Positions 17,367 to 24,433 of a stretch of 64,000 nt of DNA are shown piece by piece. The number at the start of each line of letters is the position of its first letter. The stretch's first letter is position 1. Source of the stretch: Alphaproteobacteria bacterium (GTDB taxonomy: Bacteria; Pseudomonadota; Alphaproteobacteria; JACZXZ01); the NCBI GenBank assembly GCA_035294245.1, contig DATGLG010000012.1, positions 123,270 to 187,269 of the forward strand, given 5' to 3'. The translations under genes and the position numbers were made by a program. The notes beneath the pieces are model-generated. The model was not told the DNA's origin. It saw only the letters and a list, made by a program, of their open reading frames with translations, and searched no databases.

Positions 17367-20356
17367 GCGGCCCTCGCATTTTGAGCGAGCGTTTCGGAAA
17401 TGGTGTGGAGCAGCGCGTCGCGATCGAACTTGGCGACATAATCGGTGAAGCCGACCTCGCGACCGCGGTCGAGGTCGCTCGGCGAGGTATGGGACGAGAG
17501 GGCCACGAGCGGCACGTCCTGCCACCGCGCCGAGCTCTTCACGGCCTCGGCAAACTCGAACCCGTCCATGCCGGGCATCTCGATGTCGCTGATGATGATG
17601 TCGAAGTTCTCGCCGGCCTCGTAGAGGTTCAAGGCGCGATCGGCGCTCTCCACCGAGGTGACGTCGTAGCCGGCGACCGAGAGCAGCGGGGTCAGAAGAT
17701 TGCGGAAGAAGGGGCTGTCGTCGACGAGCAGGATACGGCGGGATGGGCACTCGCCGTCGGTTTGCTCGATATTCTTGAACCAGTCGGCATAGGCTCTCGT
17801 CAGGTAATGGCCGGTGTCGATGATCTCGGTGGCCTGGCCACCCACGACGGCGCTGCCGAGGAGCCCCGGCCGGCTGCCGGTGAGCTCGACGTTGAGGCGG
17901 TCCTCGACGATGTCGACGATCTCATCGACGATCAAGCCCATGGAGCGGTGACGATCGGAGAAGACGATCACGGGCTGGCGGCCCTTCTCCCTGAGCGATT
18001 GCGATTCGCCGACGGCGATGAGCGGCATGAGCTGGCCGCGATACTGGACCACGGGCTGCCCGTCGGAGATCTCGACGGTGGTGACGTCGATCTCCTCGAG
18101 CCGTGCCACGAGCGAGAGGGGTACCGCCTTCGGCGTCTTGTCCCCGGCACGGAAGACGAGGAGCGCGATGCGATCGTTACGAACGCCCTCGCGCCGCTCG
18201 GCCTCGAGCATGTCCTCCTCCGTCGCGATGAGGTCGCTCGCGGCGCTGGCGATCCCGTTGGGGTCGAGGATCATGACGACGCTGCCGTCGCCGAGGATCG
18301 TGTTCCCGGAATAGATCTGGATGTCGCGCAAAATCGGGGCCACCGGCTTGACCACGATTTCCTCGGTATCGAACACCTTGTCGACGATGATGCCGAGGCT
18401 CGCGGCGCCGAGCTGCGCCACCACGATGAAGGCCTCCTGGTGGCTCTTGGCTGCCACCTCCTCCGGCGTCTCGAGCTGGAGCAGGCCGCCCAGCGAGACG
18501 AGCGGAAGCAGCCGGTTGCGCAGCCGCAGGACCGGCGCGCCGTTGATGAACTCGATCTTGTACTCGGATTTGGCCGAGGCGCGGACCAGTTCGCTCACGC
18601 TGATCTGCGGGATGGCGAAGCGCTCGCCGGCCGCTTCGACGATGAGCGCCGAGACGATCGCGAGCGTGAGCGGGATCTTGACCGTGAAGGTGGACCCCTT
18701 GCCCAAGGTCGACTTGATGTCGATGACGCCGCCGATCTTCTCGATGTTGGTCTTGACGACATCCATGCCGACGCCGCGGCCGGACACGCTCGTCACCTTG
18801 TCGGCGGTCGAGAAGCCGGGCCGGAAGATGAGCTGCATCACCTGCTGGTCCGACATGCCTTCGAGTTCGGCCTCGGTGTGCAGGCCGTTGGCGACGGCCT
18901 TGGCCTTGATCTTGTCGATGGCGAGCCCGCGACCGTCGTCCCCGATCGCGATGACGATGTGCCCGCCCTCGTGATAGGCCTCGAGGCGGATCGTGCCGGT
19001 CTCCGGCTTGCCCGATTTCTCGCGCTCCTTCGGCGTCTCCAGGCCGTGATCGGCCGAGTTGCGCACCATGTGGGTCAGCGGATCCTTGATGATCTCGAGG
19101 ACCTGGCGGTCGAGCTCGGTCTCGGCGCCGACCATGGTGAGGTCGATCTTCTTGCCGAGCTCCCGGCTGAGATCGCGCACGAGGCGCGGCAGCTTGGCCC
19201 AGGCGTTGCCGATGGGCTGCATGCGAGTGCGCATCACGCCCTCTTGGAGCTCGGAGGTGACGTGATTGAGGCGTTGCAGCGGCGCCGCGAAATCCGATTC
19301 CTTCTGCACCCGGAGGATCTGCAAGAGCTGATTGCGGGTGAGAACCAGTTCGCTGACCATCGTCATCAGGTTCTCGAGGAGGTCCACATTCACCCGGATG
19401 CTGTTGGCCGCGACGTTGGATTCGCCGCGGGCCTTCTCCGCGGGGCCGCCGGCGACCTCGGCCGCGGCAGCGCTCTTCTCCGCGGCGGGCGCCAGCGCGG
19501 CGGCGGTGTCCTCGCCCTCCGCATCCGAGCCGCCCGATTGCACGTCGGCGGCAACCAGCGTGAGAATGCGGCTCGCGACGCGCTGATGAACATCAAGCGT
19601 CTCGAGCGCCTCGCGGAGATGCTCGGCAACAACGTCGTGATTGCTCTCGCCAAGCCCGCGCGAGGCAAGGTGATGAAAGATGTTGCGGGGCTCATCGCCA
19701 CCTGTGGGGCCGCCGAGGAGGCGCGCCAGGTGGGCGCGCTCGCCGCCGCGCAGGCGATCGAGATCGGTATTCTTGAAGAAGTTCTTCAGGAACTCGTCCT
19801 TGGACATATGGTCGAAGAAGACCTCGACGACGGCGTCGAGCACGCCGAGGCCGCCCATCTGCTCGTAGAGCGTGCCGCCGGCCGGCATCGGCGCCTCCGC
19901 CGCAGGCGCCTCGACCGCCGGCGCAGGCTCGGACGCCGATGCCTCCTCGCCAGCCGGCGCGACGGCCGCCGCCACCGGCTTGCCCGAGGCAAACGCATTG
20001 AGGCGGCCGATCAGCGCCGAGTCATCGCCCTCGGGCTCCGCCTCGGTCGCCTCGAGAGCGCCGAGAAGGCCCTTGATGCAGTCGAGCGCCTCGAGAATGA
20101 GGCTGACCGCATCGGGCGTCACCAGGAGCTCGCCATCACGAAACTTGCCGAGGATGTTCTCGCCGGCATGCGCGACCGCCTCGAGCCGGGGCAGCCCGAG
20201 GAATCCGCAGGTGCCCTTGATCGTGTGCACGAGGCGAAAGATGTTGCCGAGGAGCTCGGGATCGTTCGGGTCCTGCTCGAGCTTCACCAGCTCACCGTCC
20301 AGGACTTCGAGGCTTTCCGCGGTTTCGGTGAGAAATTCCTTGAGGAGGTCGTCCAT
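17363..20356 (-). CDS. cheA: Hybrid chemotaxis histidine kinase CheA-REC with an inserted truncated-haemoglobin-like domain
   Basis: Track ORF 17363..20437 trimmed to the ATG at 20356 (MDDLLKEFLTE). Domain order is Hpt/P1 (HTIKGTCGFLG), Ala/Pro linker, globin-like segment (aa ~161-272), linker, P3 (SIRVNVDLLENLMTMVSEL), HATPase (DDGRGL, GRGVGMDVV, GKGSTF), CheW-like P5, then a C-terminal REC (RILLVDDSPFFR...IISDIEMPGMDG). Confidence 0.95.
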   Translation of the reverse strand: MDDLLKEFLTETAESLEVLDGELVKLEQDPNDPELLGNIFRLVHTIKGTCGFLGLPRLEAVAHAGENILGKFRDGELLVTPDAVSLILEALDCIKGLLGALEATEAEPEGDDSALIGRLNAFASGKPVAAAVAPAGEEASASEPAPAVEAPAAEAPMPAGGTLYEQMGGLGVLDAVVEVFFDHMSKDEFLKNFFKNTDLDRLRGGERAHLARLLGGPTGGDEPRNIFHHLASRGLGESNHDVVAEHLREALETLDVHQRVASRILTLVAADVQSGGSDAEGEDTAAALAPAAEKSAAAAEVAGGPAEKARGESNVAANSIRVNVDLLENLMTMVSELVLTRNQLLQILRVQKESDFAAPLQRLNHVTSELQEGVMRTRMQPIGNAWAKLPRLVRDLSRELGKKIDLTMVGAETELDRQVLEIIKDPLTHMVRNSADHGLETPKEREKSGKPETGTIRLEAYHEGGHIVIAIGDDGRGLAIDKIKAKAVANGLHTEAELEGMSDQQVMQLIFRPGFSTADKVTSVSGRGVGMDVVKTNIEKIGGVIDIKSTLGKGSTFTVKIPLTLAIVSALIVEAAGERFAIPQISVSELVRASAKSEYKIEFINGAPVLRLRNRLLPLVSLGGLLQLETPEEVAAKSHQEAFIVVAQLGAASLGIIVDKVFDTEEIVVKPVAPILRDIQIYSGNTILGDGSVVMILDPNGIASAASDLIATEEDMLEAERREGVRNDRIALLVFRAGDKTPKAVPLSLVARLEEIDVTTVEISDGQPVVQYRGQLMPLIAVGESQSLREKGRQPVIVFSDRHRSMGLIVDEIVDIVEDRLNVELTGSRPGLLGSAVVGGQATEIIDTGHYLTRAYADWFKNIEQTDGECPSRRILLVDDSPFFRNLLTPLLSVAGYDVTSVESADRALNLYEAGENFDIIISDIEMPGMDGFEFAEAVKSSARWQDVPLVALSSHTSPSDLDRGREVGFTDYVAKFDRDALLHTISETLAQNARAA

Positions 20357-20392
20357 TGTTCTTGTCCACTCGCACGCTGCGGGCCACCCCTT

Positions 20393-20413
20393 CCGGCGTC
20401 GCGGCGACGCCGG
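20393..20413. repeat. 21-nt perfect palindrome in the chpT-cheA spacer
   Basis: CCGGCGTCGC-G-GCGACGCCGG lies 37 nt upstream of the cheA ATG and 69 nt downstream of the chpT stop. It could be a hairpin in the RNA or a dimer-binding site. Confidence 0.5.
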
Positions 20414-20481
20414 CTGCAGGTTCACGCAGGCTGACAAAAACGGGTTAAGAAGTCGTGAAGTGAGAGGGCCTTGCCGCGCCC

Positions 20482-21135
20482 TCAGGAGCGGGCGGGAAGA
20501 GCGAGACGGAAGGCAATGGACTCAGCGGATTCCGCGATCGCGACGGACAGCTCGCCGCGCGCCGACAAGCGCCCCGTGAAATAGGCGTGGGCCGTGCGCG
20601 CCGTCAGCTCCTCGATGCGCGCCTCGCCGCGAAAGGCGCGCGACGCTTCATCGCCGAGACCCGCCTGTTCGCCGGCGGCTTTCACGATGATTTCCATCTG
20701 CTCCGCCCGCTGGACCGCCATCACCTCGACGCGTCCGCCGCGCGGCAACGCCTCGCTCGCCAGCACGATGAGATTGAGGAGCAGCTTCAGCCCATCGCGG
20801 CTGGGCCGCCATTCCGCCTCGCGCCCCTCGCGCGGCCATTCGAGCCGAAGGCGCGCGCCTTCGAGGACACCTTCGGCAAGGCCGCCGATCTCGGCAAGAG
20901 TCAGATTGGTATTCACGCCGGCGGCGAGGCCATAGGCGACCCGGTAGAATTGAAGCCGCCGCGCCGCGCTTCGCGCGCTCTGCGCGATCAGCGCCAGCGC
21001 CTCGCGATCGGGCTCGTCCTCGAACTCGGCGATCAGCTCGACGCCGTTGCTGACAGCACCCACCGGGTTGATCAGCTCGTGGCAGAGCCGCGAGCAGAGC
21101 AGCTCGGCGACCTTGAGATCGATCAAGACATCCAT
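20482..21135 (-). CDS. chpT: Histidine phosphotransferase ChpT (CckA-to-CtrA/CpdR relay)
   Basis: 217 aa. The N-terminal DHp-like helix carries the phospho-His motif LCSRLCHELINPVGAVSNGVELI. The C-terminal half is a degenerate HATPase-like domain. Length and motif match the ChpT family as I recall it. Confidence 0.8.
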   Translation of the reverse strand: MDVLIDLKVAELLCSRLCHELINPVGAVSNGVELIAEFEDEPDREALALIAQSARSAARRLQFYRVAYGLAAGVNTNLTLAEIGGLAEGVLEGARLRLEWPREGREAEWRPSRDGLKLLLNLIVLASEALPRGGRVEVMAVQRAEQMEIIVKAAGEQAGLGDEASRAFRGEARIEELTARTAHAYFTGRLSARGELSVAIAESAESIAFRLALPARS

Positions 21136-21290
21136 CGGCTCTCCCCTCGAGGCATCCCGGTCCCTGGCCGAAGGTCGACCGCTCAGGCCGCACCAACTCC
21201 GCGTCGTGACAGCCCTTTATAGGGCTATCGCCGATCTTGTAAACTGGGCGCGTCAATTCGCGGCGCACGACAATCGAGAGGAATCCGCGC

Positions 21291-21476
21291 CTGAGCCAGC
21301 GTCTTGCTCCCGGGACCTTCGTCCGCCATCCGCTCGAGCCCGAATGGGGCTTGGGACAGGTCCAGTCATCGATCGGCAACCGCATCACCGTGAATTTCGA
21401 GCATGCCGGCAAGCGCCTCATCAATGGCGACATCGTTGCGCTGGAGATCGTCGACGAACCTCGGCCTTCGCCCTGA
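21291..21476 (+). CDS. DUF3553-like small protein (about 61 aa) with putative CTG start
   Basis: It is not in the ORF track because the frame has no ATG, GTG or TTG. The frame open from 21243 to the TGA at 21474-21476 reads ...LSQRLAPGTFVRHPLEPEWGLGQVQSSIGNRITVNFEHAGKRLINGDIVALEIVDEPRPSP. This matches my recollection of the ~60-aa DUF3553 family (VRHP..P.WGLGQVQS...VTVNFE..GK). GAGAGGAA lies 8 nt upstream of the CTG at 21291. Confidence 0.5.
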   Translation: MSQRLAPGTFVRHPLEPEWGLGQVQSSIGNRITVNFEHAGKRLINGDIVALEIVDEPRPSP

Positions 21477-21508
21477 GGCGCAACCCCCTCGGCCACGGTA
21501 GCGGCGCC

Positions 21509-22831
21509 ATGCCCGAATCCCCCGCCCCACTCGATCACCGCGCCAGCGCGCCGCCGCCCCTCCCGGGTGTGGTGCTCTATGCGCCCGGAAGCTCGAAGAG
21601 CCAGGTCCTGCGCGCCTTTGCCGACGAGCTCAAGGCGCGGCGCTGGCGCGTCGGCGGCGTCATTCTGGACACTCTCTATGACGCGCAAGGCCAGAAGGTC
21701 GGCCTCGATCTCGTAAGCCTCGCCGATGAGCGGCGGATCCCCCTGGCGCGGCCCGAGACGGTGGGCATCGCCATGGGGCGCTGGATGCTCGATCCCACCG
21801 CCCTCGCCGCCGGCAAGCAGGCGATCCGCGCGGCGGTCGGAGCAGCCGAGCTCATCATCGTGGACAAGTTCGGCGCCCTCGAAGGACGCGGCGACGGCTT
21901 CAACGCCGCCCTCCGCCAGGCCCTCGCCGCCGCACCGGCGCTGCTGGTGGCCCTGCGGAGCGAGTTCCTCGATGCCTGGGACGCCGTAGCCGGCCGCCCG
22001 ACTGTGGCCCTGCGCCCGGATATCGGCGCCCTGTGGCGGTGGTGGGGTCCCTATCGCCTCTACGAGGAGCTGGCGCGAGGCGTCGACGACCTCCCCGTGC
22101 GCCGCGTCGTCATCGGCATGAACTGGACGCTGGTGGAGTCGCCGCATGGCTGCGGCCTTGCCCATACGCCGGCGCGGGACGCGCCGGGATGTCGGCCGCT
22201 TGGGGAGGCCGGCGGCCTCGCCGCGCGCAGCCTCAAATCCCTGGCCGCCCTCGCGACGGCGTGGAACCCCTTCGAGGCCGCGATCGGGCTGGCCGCGATC
22301 AACGCCCATTACAACCGGCCCGAGCTTGCCGGCGCGGGCGCGAACGGGCTCGATCTCTTTGCCGCCCTGCCGGGGCGCAAGCTCGTCATCGGCCGGTTTC
22401 CCGAGCTGAGCCGCCGCGTGCCCGATGCCTGGGTCATCGAGCGCGCGCCGGCTCAAGGCGAGCTGCCCGCCCACGCTGCCGATTGGGTCCTGCCATCGGC
22501 CGATGCCGTCGCCGTGACAGCCTCATCCCTCGGCAATCTCACCTTGCCCCGCCTGCTGGAGCTCGCGCGGGGCGCGAGGGTGGCTCTTATCGGCCCGGGC
22601 ACGCCGCTGACCCCCGCCCTTCATGCCTATGGCATCGACGTGCTGTCCGGCTTCGTCGTGACCGATCCCGAGCGCGCCGCCCGGGCGGTCGCCGAAGGCG
22701 GCGCCGTCAAGGCGCTGAAGACCTGCGGGCGGCTCGTGACCCTGGTGCGACACGAGGGCGCCGCGACGCCAGGGATGGTCGCCGGGCGTCCCGCCGGGAT
22801 CGCGCAAAGAGCGGCTAAGGAGTTCCAGTAG
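21509..22831 (+). CDS. Fusion protein: DUF2478 (THEP1-like NTPase-like) N-domain plus DUF4213/DUF364 (putative metal-chelating Rossmann-like) C-domain
   Basis: Track ORF 21047..22831 trimmed to the ATG at 21509, because the upstream part is not protein-like. The N-half has VVLYAPGSSKSQVL...VGGVI...LIIVDKFGALEGRGDGF...ALLVALR. The C-half has VVIGMNWTLVES..GCGLAHT, IGLAAINAHYN, KLVIGRFP and VALIGPGTPLTPALHAYGIDVLSGFVV. Confidence 0.75.
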   Translation: MPESPAPLDHRASAPPPLPGVVLYAPGSSKSQVLRAFADELKARRWRVGGVILDTLYDAQGQKVGLDLVSLADERRIPLARPETVGIAMGRWMLDPTALAAGKQAIRAAVGAAELIIVDKFGALEGRGDGFNAALRQALAAAPALLVALRSEFLDAWDAVAGRPTVALRPDIGALWRWWGPYRLYEELARGVDDLPVRRVVIGMNWTLVESPHGCGLAHTPARDAPGCRPLGEAGGLAARSLKSLAALATAWNPFEAAIGLAAINAHYNRPELAGAGANGLDLFAALPGRKLVIGRFPELSRRVPDAWVIERAPAQGELPAHAADWVLPSADAVAVTASSLGNLTLPRLLELARGARVALIGPGTPLTPALHAYGIDVLSGFVVTDPERAARAVAEGGAVKALKTCGRLVTLVRHEGAATPGMVAGRPAGIAQRAAKEFQ

Positions 22832-22850
22832 CGAAACAATTCGAAACAAT
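22832..22850. repeat. Tandem 10-bp-period direct repeat CGAAACAAT x2
   Basis: gCGAAACAATtCGAAACAATg lies immediately after the stop of the fusion gene and 104 nt upstream of the LpxD-like start. Confidence 0.6.
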
Positions 22851-22953
22851 GCGAGATGCCGCGATCCTCGCCTTTCGCGCGCGACCATGGTATGGATGCC
22901 CGCCTTCGCGCTTCCGCCGAGGTCCATACCCTGTCACGGTCCATTTTCGCCCC

Positions 22954-24033
22954 ATGAAGCTGAGCGAAATCGCCACCGCCCTCAACGCCCGACTGATTGG
23001 CGACGGCAATCTCGAAATTCGGCGCCCCGTCCACCCCGCAGAGGCCGAAACGGCCGCCGATCTGGCCCTTGCGATGGAGCCGGGTGCCTTGGCAATGCTC
23101 AAGGATTCGCGGGCGCGAGCCGCCGTGGTGCGCGAGGAGAGCAAGATTCCGGACGGCGCGCTGGCCGGCTATATCGTGGTCGGGCGCTCGCGCTACGCCA
23201 TGGCCCAGCTCCTGGCGCTCTTTCCTCGCCCGCCCCAGGCCGAGCCCGGCATTCATCCGAGCGCCGTCATCGCCAAGGACGCAACACTCGGTCGCGACGT
23301 CCGCATCGGCCCCTTCTGCTCGGTCGGCGCGCGGGCGCAAATCGGCGACGGCACCATCCTTCTTTCCCATGTGAGCATCGGGGCCGAGGCGCGGCTCGGC
23401 GCCGCGTGCCTGCTCCATCCGGGCGCGCGCATCGGCGAGCGGGTGATGATCGGCGACCGCGCCATCATCCACCACAACGCCAGCATTGGCGCCGACGGCT
23501 TCAGCTTCGTCACGCCGCAGCCGGGCAGCGTGGAGACGGCCAAGGCCAGCCATGCGGTCGAGGCGACGAATCAGGAGATCGTGCGGGTCAATTCCATCGG
23601 CACCGTCATTCTCGCCGAGGACGTCGAGGTGGGGGCCTGCACCTGCATCGACCGGGGCACGGTGAGCGCCACCCGCATTGGGCGCAACACCAAGATCGAC
23701 GATCAGGTGATGATCGGACATAACTGTGTCATTGGTGAGAATTGTATGCTATGCGGACAAGTCGGGATCGCCGGCAGCACGGTGATCGGCGACCGGGTCG
23801 TGCTTGGGGGTCAGGTGGGCGTTGGCGACCATCTCCAAATCGGCAGCGATTCGGTGATCGCCGCGGGCGCGCTGATCGGGACGAGCGTGCCGCCGCGCTC
23901 GCTTCTTGTCGGCAACCCGGCACTTCCGCCCCAGGAAGCCTATGAATTGTATCGCGGCTTGCGACAGCTCGGGCGCCTCGTCGCCGATGTCGCGGAGCTC
24001 AAGCGCCGCGGCGGCGGCAAATCAGGGAGCTGA
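22954..24033 (+). CDS. LpxD-like left-handed beta-helix N-acyltransferase (UDP-3-O-acylglucosamine N-acyltransferase family paralog)
   Basis: Track ORF trimmed to the ATG at 22954 (MKLSEIATALNARLIGDG). It has hexapeptide repeats throughout and a catalytic-His region (KIDDQVMIGHNCVIGENCMLCGQVGIAGS). It contains an insertion (GFSFVTPQPGSVETAKASHAVEATNQEIVRVNSIG) that I do not recall from canonical LpxD. Confidence 0.85.
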   Translation: MKLSEIATALNARLIGDGNLEIRRPVHPAEAETAADLALAMEPGALAMLKDSRARAAVVREESKIPDGALAGYIVVGRSRYAMAQLLALFPRPPQAEPGIHPSAVIAKDATLGRDVRIGPFCSVGARAQIGDGTILLSHVSIGAEARLGAACLLHPGARIGERVMIGDRAIIHHNASIGADGFSFVTPQPGSVETAKASHAVEATNQEIVRVNSIGTVILAEDVEVGACTCIDRGTVSATRIGRNTKIDDQVMIGHNCVIGENCMLCGQVGIAGSTVIGDRVVLGGQVGVGDHLQIGSDSVIAAGALIGTSVPPRSLLVGNPALPPQEAYELYRGLRQLGRLVADVAELKRRGGGKSGS

Positions 24034-24112
24034 TGCCGCCGAGCGACGACGCCGCGCCCCCATTCGGGGCCGGCGAGGTAAAGATGAGGAACGGCTAGCG
24101 AGGGGAATTTGC

Positions 24113-24394
24113 ATGGCGAATGTGGAGAACGACATTCTCGACATCATCGCGAAGCAGGCCAATATCGAGCGGGCCAAGCTTACGCGCGACGCGAATCTGG
24201 CGGATCTCAACATCCAGTCTCTCGACGTGGTGGAGATCGTCTTCGCGCTCGAGGAGAAGTTCGATATCACCGTGCCCTATAACGCCAATGATCCGAGCGG
24301 TGCTGCGGCCGGGGTCGCCTTCAAGACGATCGGCGACGTGGTCGCCGCCGTCGAGAAGCTCATCGCCGAGCGCGACGCCGCCAAGACCGCATGA
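24113..24394 (+). CDS. Dedicated acyl carrier protein (NodF/AcpXL-like)
   Basis: 93 aa after trimming to the ATG at 24113. The phosphopantetheine Ser context is NIQSLDVVEIVFALEEKF. The C-terminal KTIGDVVAAVEKLI resembles the NodF tail NIGDVVEAV. Confidence 0.85.
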   Translation: MANVENDILDIIAKQANIERAKLTRDANLADLNIQSLDVVEIVFALEEKFDITVPYNANDPSGAAAGVAFKTIGDVVAAVEKLIAERDAAKTA

Positions 24395-24433
24395 GCGCAA
24401 TGGCGCCCTTCGACCAGCCTTTAGACGAGCAGC

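Noticed and set aside
17273-20434. 1053-aa plus-strand ORF covering the whole cheA locus
   Set aside because: It is antisense to a gene with unmistakable CheA motifs. Its translation is Arg/Ala/Gly/Asp/Leu-rich with no recognisable domain. Long stop-free antisense frames are expected in GC-rich DNA.
14447-20437. N-terminal extensions of the track ORFs for cheR, cheB, cheW and cheA (and likewise ctrA, ADH, cupin, SDR, the ligases and others)
   Set aside because: The extensions are Arg/Gly/Pro-rich and overlap the upstream gene. Internal ATGs reproduce family-typical N-termini and give ATGA or TGATG coupling or good Shine-Dalgarno spacing.
20648-22474. 608-aa minus-strand ORF over chpT, the DUF3553 spacer and the fusion gene
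   Set aside because: It has no domain signal. It overlaps better-supported genes on both strands and has the composition typical of spurious GC-rich frames.
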